Below are positions 37,473 to 50,486 of a stretch of 64,000 nt of DNA, one piece after another. Source of the stretch: Chlorokybus atmophyticus. Its lineage: Eukaryota; Plantae; Mesostigma and Chlorokybus algae. The first letter of the stretch is position 1, and every line of letters begins with the position of its first letter. The translations under genes were made by a program, and so were the position numbers. The notes under the pieces were generated by a model. The model had not been told where the DNA came from and did not search any database. It was given only the letters and a program-made list of their open reading frames with translations. The stretch lies in the NCBI GenBank assembly GCA_009103225.1, contig RHPI01001965.1:263114-327113 (forward strand). Direction: 5' to 3'.

Positions 37473-39385
37473 NTTGTGCCCTACAACATGTACTATGCAT
37501 GCATTAAATATAACTTACAATCTCATGTAAGATGCTTTACGCATAAATAACGGATCGGCAAATGCTTACTAATAGTATGCATTTGTGAACAATATATGTG
37601 CATTGATGTTGCATGCGTGTGCCACACAGCACTTCACATATCATATACACATCATGCCCTAGTGGTCGCACTGAGGCCAGCCCATCATGATGCCAGTGGT
37701 CAGCCAGGTTAGGTAACGTTGTACGAGTCAACGCCTGGTTACCCTATGCCAAGGCATATGTTTGTGCATGTGACTGTGCATGGGGTGTGATGTATGCTAG
37801 GTAAATAGGCGCGTGAGTGGTCGGCCCTACTACTGGCACCGGGTGCCAGCCTTGGGGCAACTTGCACGTATCGTGGTTGATAAGTAAGTATGGTGCGCCC
37901 GCCCTGTTGATCATGCATGCAGTGGAAGACGGCGACGACATTGAAGTACATAGGGAGCAGTGGAGTTTGCGTGTGTGACGGAGCATGAAAGACACAGCAG
38001 CGGCACTGCATCAGGGCGTGCGGCGTGCTGTGCGCATGCGTGCTGCGTGTAAATAGGCGCAAACCCAAACAACGCAGTCGCAGCAAGGTGTATAACGCAG
38101 TGGGCGATGGCGGCGGTAATGTGGGCGGAGGAGGAGGGGGAGTGCTGCTGACTCGCCGAAGATTGGGCCGCTCATCAACGGCTGTTATGGTAATGGACAT
38201 TGCTACATGCATAGAATTGCAATTACGGGCAAAGCATCAGAGCAGGCCGCAAGCCAAACAATGACACGGGAAAGAGCAACTAAGCTTAGCTAATCATACG
38301 GACAGCAACCAAGCTTAGCTAAGTGCGCTAGCTATGTGCTTGTGAGCGGAGGGGTGGGGCGAGAAGCAGCAAGGCACTGCCATTGGCAAGGCAAGGGAAG
38401 CGAGGGAAAACAAGGTCAAGGTGGCGAGGCATACAGACCTGTGCATACATGGCTGGAGGTCAGGCCAGTAGATTGTATCGTAGGCAAGGTCAGCAGCAAC
38501 AGCAGCAAGGCAGAGTGAAGTGCGCAAGTTGGTGATGCTGTGTTGTGGTGTGCAATGCCAACAATGCAGCAGCGATGCTAGCGGGGCGTAGGGTTGTAGA
38601 GTTCTCTGTAGGGCTTGTAAGACCTTGCGTAGGTTGTGTGGTGCAAAGAGCTGCAAGGAATTCTTCAAATAGCCCTTGAATGCTAGTATCCATGTCTCAT
38701 GCAGTAATTAGTGGTTTGCAAGCATATCAATTGCAAGCACAACAGTTAGCAACTCATCTGAAAAGTGGGCAAGACAGTCAGGTGTAGCAACTGACGTCTA
38801 TGACTATGGCTAACAGGATATGACAATTACATTGCATTATCAATGTCAGATTGCATATCCTTTACGTATCATATGACAAAAGTGTCACACCCTGTTTTAT
38901 TAATAGTTATGTGGTGACGTCATATGACATAGACATAAATGACAGTTATTGAACTTTCAGTGGTGACATCGTTTGGACAGTCGATCGATAGTGACCTTGC
39001 GTAATGACTTTCAATGATTGGTAAGTATCTATCGCAAATAGTCTTTTACAGCTGCACAATGGTTGACAAGCTTGCCGTCATGCTCGCAGTCAATACATTG
39101 TGTAGGTACCATAATAACACACACATATATATATACACGCAAGGCTTAACATCATTACATGATGGTTTCAAAATACATACGCACCTGCCACTACTACCAC
39201 GAGCACTACTAAATTTTGTGTTCTTAGTGGAAGAGCACGAATTAAGCTTAGCTAGTAGACTACCTATTATAGTATCTAGCAACAAGCACATTCACCGTAA
39301 CATGTAAACGCCCAAGCCACGGCCGCCTTTGCGCAACCTGCAAAGCAACAGCACCACCTCAACTTGTGTACAGAGATAGTCACAT

Positions 39386-39393
39386 ACAATACG

Positions 39394-39432
<39 letters not shown>
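39386..39432. repeat. (GT)n microsatellite
   Basis: Direct reading; about 20 or more units. Confidence 0.9.
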
Positions 39433-39434
<2 letters not shown>

Positions 39435-42099
39435 CAAGTATGCACACATGGGCGCGCATTCGCATGCAACAATACATATGCAAGCGCAACAATTCTCAAG
39501 CGTTCTGCGCACACGCACACACACCTTGGCTCCCTCTTGTTGCAGGCAGGCGGGAACAAGACGACCACGCCCAGGACCAGGCGAGCCGGGCGAGAGCGTG
39601 GCCGAGGCGGCTGAGGCCTAGCAGGCGCTGCGCCCGCCCCNNNNNNNNNNNNNNNNNNNNNNNNNNNNNNNNNNNNNNNNNNNNNNNNNNNNNNNNNNNN
39701 NNNNNNNNNNNNNNNNNNNNNNNNNNNNNNNNNNNNNNNNNNNNNNNNNNNNNNNNNNNNNNNNNNNNNCCGCCCCTGCCCCCACAAGGCCTGCAAGTAA
39801 AGCTGGGCCCAGGCCTTGCCGAGTCTGAGCTTGGGGCCACCTCCGCTTGCCCGCCCCGCCCCTGCTCCGCCCGCCCCCCTGCTGCTGCCAATGCCGCAAT
39901 TGCATCCTATCCGATAGGATGCATGTGTTGCATCGGCTAGTATGTTTTTAACTTGCCAACCGTTGATTATATGAGAGTTATTGATGGTCAGTATAACAGT
40001 CGGTGTGATGAGCGGTCTGCTGCCAACAGACATGTCCTTAGCCATTGATTGTTGTTATGTAAAGGTATCATGTCCCAAACCAATACCTATCTTTGTTGAT
40101 ACCTATATAGCTTGTTGTATATTATCCTTCTTCATATTTTAACTATGTGTACCCGGTGTGTACCCCTCCAAAGAAACCTCATAGGGCGCGCGGGGGGGGG
40201 GGGGGGGNNNNNNNNGGGGGGGGGGGGGGGGATGTATTCAAACCAGGGGGCTGTATTGGAGTGAATACGCTATTGCACTAGGTATTAGATCTGATAAAAG
40301 AGGACACTTTATACCTGGCCCAAGTATAATAATCCGCATCAGTGAGTAGAGAAGTAAGTTATTGCTGTTGACGACGGTTGTATAAACATGTTTGATTTCA
40401 TGTGTTGTCAGTACGTGTCACTCATGTAGTGCTGTTATCTCAAAATGTTCATATTGGTGTTTGATACTTCTGTGGTACTACTGCTGCTGTTGTTACACAC
40501 CTCTGATGAAAGCTGCTGCTAAAGCCACTGCTGGAGCTGCTCCATGGGTGAATAGTGTGGAGCCGCTGCGCTCAGACTGGCGAAAACACCCTGCAAGTTG
40601 ATAGATGAGGCAATGCTAGTGGCACTATTGGATGCAGTTACAAGTAGACAACACAAGCATGTGCTGACGAAGCACCTTGATAACCTTTAATAACCTTTCC
40701 CAATGCAACACGACACGCGCACGTACGAATGCATGCACGTGCACACATGTGTGCAATCACGCACACACACAAAAAGGGACAAGGCGCGTGCGTGCGTGCG
40801 CTTGTGTACATGGCTACGAGTGTGTGCGAGCGCACGTGCGTGTTATTGCACATTGTACAACCCTCTTCATGAACGCATTCCCAATGGAGTTCGAGAAGAC
40901 GTGAGCGCATGGTCACAGGTTGAGTCAAAAACTACAATTGACGCATATATACGCTGTCCTCACGGAACAAACATGGCCAAAATTTGCATTGAGGGAACAT
41001 GATAGCTCGTAACAGTTAAGTGTTGTCATCATCACTATTGCAACAGACATGATGACAACACATGTCTGTTAATGGCTTATACGAGTACAAAGCCAACTTT
41101 TAATGCAAAAATATAACGTCAAAAACATAGATACGTTGATGCGTTTTGCCTGTATAGTGCTAGACTTGTGTAATAATGACCCCTGTACATAATTCGCAAA
41201 CGTGGGTAGAGAAGTGACTTAGTACTGTTGACGACAGTCAACAGTACTAACTCACTTACCTACCCAAATAATGGTAACCTTACATCATATGCTGTTCTGT
41301 TGTGTCATGCGGTGGAATGCCATTTTTTAGGAGATGGGGCACAAACATGAATAAAAGGTGCACATCCAAGTTGCCAGAATAGTCTTACCGCAATTGCTGC
41401 ACATAAACGCTTGTCTCCGTCAATAAATATAGGCCAAAGCGATATGATAGGTATTTACGGAGTCGTGATGTTGCCTTGACTGTTTCTACTGTCACATGAC
41501 TTGCACGGGTGCAATGCCATCATGTTATGCTTTATAAGAGTAGTTCTCATTGCCATCATCCCATGCACACTTGCCACGCAATTAATTACTGCTACACGCA
41601 TCAAAAAACTAGATGTCAGCTGGGCAGAGTGTTATATTGACATCGTATGACACACCCCTGTTGTCAACAGTCTTAAAGTGCCAAATGACACAAAACCCAA
41701 CTTGTAACAGTCGATAACAGGGTTTACAGTCATTTACATCTTATGACTATCTTGTCAGCTTTCCCGATGTTAGTTACATCACCCTGCAGAAGATGACAAA
41801 GAGCAAAAAACCACATAAACAACAACTTGCACAACAAATGTGCACTATACCTAAACAACCGCAGAGGAGATTGACGGATGGTAAGCTAATGGAGTAGGAG
41901 GCAAAGCTATGCTAGGTGGATACCACACCTTCAGACCGCAAAGGTGGCAGCGTATAGCAGCAAGAAAATGCATGCATGAGTGGTGAATACCACTTGTCGG
42001 ACCACATAGGCCGCAGATTGCATACATTGATTGCGAAGATGCGTGAGTAATAACCACTCATCGAATTGCAAAGGTCCAGGATTGCTTTCAGCGCAATGT

Positions 42100-43550
42100 A
42101 CCTCACACTAAGGCTTTCCCATTAGTGCACCATTGCCGCCGCAACGATGCAGCAGCGATGGCGGCGATGCGTAGGGTTGTAGTGTTCTCTATAGGGCTTA
42201 TAAGACCCACATAGGTTGTGTGGTGCGACGAGCTGTAGGCAACTCTCCAGATAGCCGTGGAATGCCAATATCCACAGCCCATGCGGTAGTTAGCAATTTG
42301 CCAGGACATTTTAAGCAAGCACAGCATTTAGCCACGTCACCATGCATAAGCTGACACCGCATGCATGCATGTGCGGGCAGACACTCTACTCCCCACACAT
42401 ATGCGTAACCACTTACCTCACTCACCTATGAAGAGGATCTGCATTTGTTGGCTACCAGCACATACAGCTGCTGGTAGGTCATGTCATACCTGCGGCCCTC
42501 CATCCCATACATCTTAGCCCTCAGCTTGAACAACAACGCCCGCATGTAATACCCCGGAGCCATCATATCTCGTAACAACTACACCATCTCCCACATGAAA
42601 TGTTCACGCAAAGTGCAAAAGCGTATAAACCTTATAAACTGAGATACCACCACTACCAACTTGGCTGATTTGAAAATAAAACCGTCTGGGTGTGGTGCTT
42701 TTCGTCTTGACAAACATTTGAACGGAGCGGTGTTGAGTTTGTTGTACACACATGTGCATAGCCCAAGATTTGGTTTCAATGATCATCAGGGCCATGAAAG
42801 GGATTGCAACTCTCAAAGCTGTTTGAGACAGCATGAGCATGTGCTGAGGGTACAAGCCTCCTCATGATGCTGCTGGGTTCAAATACAAGCATGATGTGAA
42901 TTCTGGAAGGTCCACCACTAGTAAGTCGTCCGCATACCATAGCATAATCTTGGCGAATCTCAAGGCCAATGGTTTTTGCCCACTCGCTACCAACCTGTGA
43001 ACGAAATCTAGCTTCTAGGTTAGCATGTCGTAGTTTGCAGTGTATACTCCAGCACCGTTGCCCATGGGTATACCAATAACCTGCTGATGCAATTGGTTTC
43101 TTGCTGTTTGTACAAACGTGTTATACAAGATGATCTGCAACATGTGGTGCAAGTCCTGTGCTGTGAACACATTGGTCTGACCCACACGAGTGATTGTGGT
43201 CCCGTCGACCCATGTATGTGACGCATTCCCCACTTGCACGACCAGATGCAATTTCATTTTACGTTGAGTACGCATCACAGCTGAAAACTCTGTTCACCAA
43301 GACTTGCATACGATTCAGCAAAAGTCTTGGTGCTCAAGGTTGGTGTACAACGCAATGAAATCAAACGACTGCAAATGCAACTTGTCCCACTTATCCATTG
43401 CATTCTTGGAAACGTCAAAGTGTAGTCGTAGACTGGAAAAGCCCAATGACCTCTGCAGATTCCACATTGGCAGTGGCTCCCCCGGCGCCTCGCTCCACAA
43501 ACAATCCACAATCCATGCCATGGTTGTGTACATGCATGTCTAATGGGGCT
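42100..43550 (-). mobile_element. Penelope-like element RT relic, Naiad/Chlamys type, 5'-truncated and degenerate
   Basis: Minus-strand motifs: QSFDFIALYTNL, ILYNTFVQ...QQVIGIPMG...ANY, WYADDLL, GLYPQHML, and VYNKL...PHPDGFIFKSAKLVVVVSQFIRFIRFC (the PLE thumb YDKR...SQLIRY-like motif). No endonuclease seen. Confidence 0.8.
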
Positions 43551-43800
43551 AGGCGATAGTGGTAGTGTAGTAGAGATTATTGCGATAGTAACAGTGTGAA
43601 CCCTTGCATAGAGATAGTGCTGTAGTGTTGCTGTGCATCGATGTTGCATGCATGTGCCACACAGCACATCACATATCCTACACGGCTGGTAAGGTAAGCG
43701 CACCGAGTCGCAGTGTGTCAACCTCTACATGGCCTGATTACTCCTGCTTCCACCGCTTCTCGTTCGCAGGTGCGCCAGCCTCTTCACTTCACTTCACCTC

Positions 43801-43848
43801 TGCACTGCACTGCACTGCACTGCACTGCACTGCACTGCACTGCACTGC
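43801..43848. repeat. (TGCAC)n pentanucleotide microsatellite upstream of the PRISE start codon
   Basis: Nine full units plus a partial one. Confidence 0.95.
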
Positions 43849-44071
43849 TTGCTACAACCCATCACCCCAACCATTGGCAACCAGCATGCCACTCATCAGA
43901 AAGCGGCAAGTCAAGGCGACGCGTCGAGTGACTCGACCGAGCCAAATCGGGCGCGAGTGCGGGTGTCGGCGGAGTGGGGCCAAGCAAGCAGGGTATCGCG
44001 GCAACACTGTTCCTGCGGCAGCGGGTTGGTGTGGTGTGGTTTGGAAAGAGTAGCGAGCAGCAACAGCAGCC

Positions 44072-46111
44072 ATGGCGGAGCAGCCGCAGCCGCAGCCGCA
44101 GCGCGTTGCGCTGATCGTGGGCGTCACGGGCATCGTCGGAAACAACCTGGCAAGACGGCTCACAGAACAGGTAGACACGGAGTCCACCGAGTACTCCTCT
44201 TGTTGTGTGTCGTCACTATTTTCCTCTCTCTTCCTACCTCAAGACTACTACTGTTTCGCCCCGTTTTCCCCCCGACGTGCATGTCTGCATGCATGTCTGC
44301 ATGCAGACAGGGCAGTCTGAAGGGGCAAAGTTGTTGCGGAGGCTAAAGGTTCTGCCGTTCTTGGTTGCTGTAGCCGACATGGCATGATGAACGCAAAGAA
44401 ACTTGTGACGGTTGCCCATGGTCAAGCGGTCGTTGTTTGGGCCAGACATACAGCATACAAGAAACACCCTAGTCAAATGTTTTCCGCAAGAGGTTCACTT
44501 TGATGTACACAAGCCTGTCCATGCATGCATGTACACGCACTATGGTTTTCGACACTCCGTGTTCATCATTGCAGGGTACGTGGAAGGTTTACGGTCTCTC
44601 CCGCCGTCGCACCGACTTCCTCCCCTCCGGCGTGACCCACATCTCCGCTGACTTGCGCAACGCGGGCGACTGCGCCAACAAGCTCGGCGGCGACGTCGCC
44701 CGCTCCATCACACACATCTTCTACGCCACGTGGCAGCGCACAGACACGGAGAAGGAAGCCATCGAGATCAACGGGGCGATGTTCCGCCACGCACTCGCAC
44801 CCTTTGTGGATGTTGCTAAGAGTGAGCGAGAGTCCGACAACAAGCCGACGTTGAAGCATGTTGCGCTTGTCACGGGAACGAAGCACTATCTCGGGCCGTT
44901 CGAGTTGTATGGGAAGATTGCTGTGGAGAGTCCCTTTAGAGAGGATGTGCCGAGGCTGCCGCATCCCAACTTCTATTACACGCTGGAGGACGAGTTGTTC
45001 CAGTATGCCAGGGAGGGTGGGTTTACGTGGACTGTTGCAAGGCCGTTCTCCATCATCGGGTTCGCACCGGGAAATGCAATGAATTTGGGACAGTCCATTG
45101 CTGTGCTCGCCACCATCAAGAAATACAAGAATGAGCCACTCGTCTTCCCGGGTGAGGGCATATCACATGCACACATGCATGCACATGTACATGAACAGAC
45201 ACCAACTGCACAATGATGAAGAAAGGCACACATACACGCAAGCGCGCACGCGTGCACGCTGATACGCACGTGCGCGCGCACATACACTTGCAAGCGTGCG
45301 CGTGAGTGGGCACATGCATGCACAGGCACATACACATTCCACGATGACAAAAGGCTCATGCTTTGTCATCCGTCCAGGGTCGGTCGCCGAGTATGATGAG
45401 ATCACAGATGTATCGGATGCAAACCTTGTGGCAGGTGAGCATGGTTGTCTGTAACGATCGGTAGCATGTATTCTGGTTGCTAGTGTTGTTGAACAGAGTT
45501 TGACCACTGAACTGGTTATGCACTCAGAACACCTCGAGTGGGCCGCCACGACGCCACGCGCCGCAAATGAGGCTTTCAATGTCGTGAATGGAGACGTGTT
45601 CCGGTGGCACTCGCTCTGGAAGTTCATCGCAGACTGGTTTGGTCTTGAGGTACGTCACTTTGTTGATGTCATGCATGCATGCACGCACGCACACATGCAC
45701 GAATTAATGCGCGTGCATGCACGTGTATTCGTACCTGCACCCGCGCCCGCCCGCGCGTGCATGCACGCGTCAGCGCGTATGTGTGTGAGCATGCATGAGT
45801 GTTCTTGGTTACACATTCGTGGTGTCTAATCCCAGGTTGGTACCTACCCCGGGCATCCGACCCCGCTGGTCGAGACGATGAAGGACGCGGGTCCCATCTG
45901 GGACGAGATCGTGGAGAAGCACGGTTTGCGCAAGCACGCCATCGACGAGTTGGCGGTGTGGTGGCACGCCGACGCGGACCTCTCGCGGCCCATCGTGTGC
46001 TTCAACGACTCCATCAAGGGGCGCGAGTTTGGCTTTCACTCGTGCATACGCACCGAGCGCAGCTTTGCTAACCTGTTCCAGCGCCTCAGAGACGAGCATT
46101 ACATTCCATAA
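44072..46111 (+). CDS. VEP1: PRISE family short-chain reductase (progesterone 5-beta-reductase/iridoid synthase-like, VEP1), 5 exons
   Basis: Contains VALIVGVTGIVGN, WKVYGLSRR, THIFYATW, NGAMFRHAL, TGTKHYLGPFE (catalytic Lys), NFYYTLED (catalytic Tyr), WTVARP, SDANLVAEH and NEAFNVVNGDVFRW. Spliced frames are consistent across the exons. Confidence 0.95.
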
Positions 46112-47288
46112 AGATGAACTAAAGGTTGGGGTTCCTTCTTCAGGCCAGAGGGGGGTGAGCGGTGAGTGAATGAGTGAGAAGGTTGTACATACGTGCAGTT
46201 GTTGTGGATGAGTGGGTCTTGGGGTGTTGTGCACTGTTATATAAGTGGGTTGGGTGTGCGTTTGGCAATGGCCTATGCAAAGGGTAAGTTGAGCTTGGAA
46301 CTTTTGTTGAACTTTGTGACTTGTACGGTAACTTTTTGCAAACCAACAACTTGGTATCACTGTAGCAGACAGATAGTGTTGTCACGCAAGCTGTGAAGGT
46401 GATTCTCGTGCAACTTTAAATGACAAGTCAACACAATTGGTGCATGTCAGTACTCTGTGAACAAAGTCCAAAGTTGTATGAGATGAAAGGAAGCAGCGTC
46501 AGCGTCAGCGTCAGCCAGCTGTTTGCGTTGGGTGACATTTGCTGCAAGGACATTCAAAACTGATGTCACAGCCGCAGCAATTTCTCATCTGCAGGACATA
46601 ATCAATGCGTGTTAGCAGTTCACACAGGGGTGACGTACAGACCTCAAAAGTCACATTTGCACTGGGTGTAACTGTACAAGTGTACAGGCATAGTGGTCTC
46701 AGCTATATACATATCCGTACCAATGGAAAGCCTACCTACCCTGTTACGCTCTTTTGTACAGTGGTGGCTTCTCACAAGCGCCAGTGATGGCAACATAGCC
46801 ATCAAAACTGCATGATGTTCTTGTTATAAGCTAGACGTAATGGTGATGCATGCATGTTGTGTAGCAGTTCAGTGCAACAGCATCTTCACGTCACATGGCT
46901 TGTAGCAGAGGAGAGGCAGCACAGTCGTAACAAGCATCACCACTTGCATTGGTCATAGCAACACTTTGTTTCATCACTTTGACCAGTAGAGGAACCACAT
47001 GCGTCGCACTGGTGCACAGATGTCCACACAAGACAGCAATCTGTGCGAGAATGGCTCTCAGAGCGACTGGAACTAACATAGCGCGAAGCACGAACTATAC
47101 CAATACAGCCTAACACTAGATGGCTATACGACAAAGTACATTGCCTTTACAAGCACAATGCTGAATGTATACACAGACCGACGGGCACAACCAATACAAT
47201 GACAAGCCTAACACCTAACAAATCTACACACACAGAAAGAATGGTCATCTACATCTACAGTGAAGTCGTGCACAAGCGCTTGCTTGTA

Positions 47289-50027
47289 CTACACCAACCT
47301 CAGACGATGACTGGGATTGAATGAGCACCCCACCCACGTGTAAAACAAGTCTTCAACGGCAGCAACGTAGCGTGCATGAAACTGTTCAGGACTTTCACCT
47401 TCTTTTGCAAAGAGTGGCTCACCAACTGCAATTAGCAAGTCCCTGGACCAAAAGAGCAAAAGCACCACATGCACGCCGGTTAGAGACTGGGGGATGAAAA
47501 CAGCATTGCCATCAGTAAGGCAAACGACAATCACTTTGAGCTGTAGGCAGCATCTCACTTTCCCAAACATGAACACGCTACCTTCGGAATGGGATAGGCA
47601 GGTTGCACCAGCCACGGAACATTGGCACGCCAATAGAAATGTAAGAATTGACCTTGCGCCAGAAGTTCAAGAATGCTTTGGATTCGTGCTTAAATATCTG
47701 TAACAGTCTCATTAACACATTGGCCCAGCATTGATGGTTGGCTCTGTGCAGACACATATGTCATATGTTACTGAACGCACCTGGTTCTCACCGAAGAAGT
47801 ACACCGGCACAACGCCTGCACTGGTGTCCATGGCTAACTTCAAGAATCCCACCCTGCAGGCAAACGGCATGAGACAAACCCGCAGTTGACTATGACAAGC
47901 ACATGGGCGTGACGGCACCAACTGACACCTCCTCTTGATGTAAAGTACATCCTCATGGTCGGTAGTTCCTTCACAGATCTCCTTGACGCCACCAACAAGT
48001 ATGCCAACCTATACGACCAATAGTGTCAAGTGATCTATGTGCTTGCATACCACCTGTAGAAAGACAGTTCAACTTACATGGTTGCCACGGCACAGTCTGG
48101 AGTACAAGTTGCGCCGGCTGGCTGAAGTCAGGCCAAGCAAGTAAAACCAGTTGCGCAGGAAGGGCAGCGCAAACAAGGCGGATGAGATAGCACCACTCAC
48201 ATCACCTGCGCAGCACCCAACCGATGAGCTCATTGCATGTACTGCACTTGCAAGTTACAACAACCGACAAACGGCAAACACGCGTTGCACGTCGGCAAGT
48301 TTCACTGGCTAACCTGAAGGAACATTATCGTCCATGATTCTATGAAACAGCGCCATAAACAGAGAGAATGAGTAGAACATGCGTCCGTGTGGATGGCATG
48401 CGAATATGTATGGGGCTTCTGGAAACTTCTTGGTGGGTACCACATATCTGAAGGATTTTGCGTAGTACGCAAACACACCGTGAGCCCATTCGGTGTTCTT
48501 CCGGAACTTGTCAGTGTAGTAGGGAGGCATGCCCCACGATATCGTGACCAACATGGCTGCGAAGTACAGCACCATGAAGCCGTACCTGCAACAACGTATG
48601 CGGGATGTCTAGCGGCCAGACCATGCCGTACAAACATGTGTCATCGACAGCCTACCTGAGGTACAACAAGTATACTGCTGCAATTGCCAGAGGAGGGTAA
48701 ACGCCAAAAGGAAAGATACAAAAGGCCAGGATGATGAATGTATGCCACGCAATGCCGAGGGTGGTTTTGGGGTTGTTCATGGTGACTTGTCGCCAATTTT
48801 TGCGATGCTCCTCAATCTGCAGGCCAAGCATTGAGCGCCGACACACCTCACAAGTCAAAGTTTCTGGTTTCAATGGTCGGACATTGCAACACGTCACAAC
48901 TTCTCAAAGCTTGAGCCTCTCAAGGTAAGGCAGATTCACCACAGTGTACAACTGGGAGCACCAACGCAAGCGCGTGTTAAATGCTTACATGCTTACATTG
49001 GTGCACAATTGACGTGTGTGTACGTCAATTGCAAGCCTACTTTGACAGCCATAGCAGGTTTACCATTCAACATGTCCAACTCCTGCTAGAGGCTTGACTG
49101 TGTAATTCATTACAGGCTGCTTGCAGGCTGTGGGAGGAGGGGCCCCTAAGTCGGGGGNNNNNNNNNNNNNNNNNNNNNNNNNNNNNNNNNNNNNNNNNNN
49201 NNNNNNNNNNNNNNNNNNNNNNNNNNNNNNNNNNNNNNNNNNNNNNNNNNNNNNNNNNNNNNNNNNNNNNNNNNNNNNNNNNNNNNNNNNNNNNNNNNNN
49301 NNNNNNNNNNNNNNNNNNNNNNNNNNNNNNNNNNNNNNNNNNNNNNNNNNNNNNNNNNNNNNNNNNNNNNNGGGGGGCGAGTGCATACAACGCAACCACA
49401 TGGGCTACCCTTAGTACACAACTTGGAGCTGTTACCCATGGTGCTGTCACAGTGAAACCGGGTAGATCACATTTTCAATTGGCCTCACTAGCGCACCTCA
49501 GCCGCAGATATGCTTCGCTTTTGTGTCCGATCATCCCTTTTATCCTTCTGATCGTCGCCTTGATCACTGGACTTACGTCCATTAGTCTGCGAGCTCAACG
49601 GAGCTTTGGTCTCCTGCATGCACATGTAAGTGAGCAGGCCTGTTTGCCCGCATGTTGGAAAGGAGGAAAATCAGCTAAGCAACCACATTGCATGCTTATG
49701 TACTGACCTTCGCAACATTTCCGATGGCGGCAGGACCGACCCTGTGTTATGATGGATGAAGTGAGTTGGTACATACACAGGATAAACAACAGAGATGAAG
49801 GACTGACTGTGGGAAACCAGTCCTTTGCTAGTTTGCATGACATGCAAAGGCCAAGTTGTGAACGGTAGGCAGAGCAGAGCATGGGGGCTCACATAACTGT
49901 GGCCTGCAACTACATACGCAAACGCAACTGCAACTGCAAGCCTCATTACTTACTCCGCGGATGTCGATGGAACAACAGCTGCCGCTGTTGCTTCAGCAGC
50001 ACCAGCAGGGGCGTACGGTGGAGCCAT
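47289..50027 (-). CDS. DGAT2: DGAT2/MGAT-family (DAGAT) acyltransferase with long N-terminal extension; 5' exons uncertain, one assembly gap inside
   Basis: Contains YIFACHPHG, LFALPFLRNW, LVGGVKEI, VGFLKLAMDTSAGVVPVYFFGENQ, VGEPL and FHARYVAAVEDLF. The conserved core spans 47289-~48816. The start at ATG 50027 (MAPPYAP) is inferred from splice-phase matching. Confidence 0.8.
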
Positions 50028-50486
50028 TGATGGCACACGCTTACAAACCTCACAAGCTCACCTACTCCAGCATGCGCGTGAACAACACAAAGCACAACCA
50101 GCGCAGAAAGCTCCGCCCCCGCCGCTCAATGCACATGCCCTGCGCGGTATGCACACTGCTGTCTGTTGGCGCCAACTGAGCACAGCTGTCTCTGACTTCT
50201 CAGCGATAGGTATGCCAGCGTCACTCTGCCACCTCTCCGGCGTCACTTGATAGAACCGTCGTAAGTCACGACTCGTAACGCTGCGCGTCTCCGGCATGAC
50301 GCCGATGTGATGGTCGCTGTGATGTGATGGTCGCTGAGCGTCACACACAATTCGAACCAGCATCACTTGCTAGCGTGTTGCCACTGTGACGTCGTAAAGC
50401 GTGACGCTGAGAGCGACCGTTTGAATTGGCGGGCAGGCCAGACCATGCACGCTGGGCCAGGCCAGGCTTTAGGCGGAGGAGCCGGC
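50028..50486. promoter_or_regulatory. CpG-rich divergent promoter/5'UTR region shared by the DGAT2-like and coiled-coil genes
   Basis: Head-to-head starts lie under 500 bp apart, with locally high CpG. Confidence 0.45.

Noticed and set aside
39500-39900. Gene in the GC-rich patch around the assembly gap
   Set aside because: Interrupted by Ns, with no recognisable protein and no consistent exon chain.
40190-40232. G-quadruplex-like poly-G/poly-C tracts (also 9514-9533, 15319-15330, 49152-49157)
   Set aside because: They flank N gaps, so their length and context are unreliable; treated as sequencing or assembly breakpoints.
50345-50362. tRNA gene (GGTTCGAAT T-loop-like on the minus strand; also GGGTTCAAAT near 42875)
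   Set aside because: No cloverleaf, acceptor stem or A-box around either hit.
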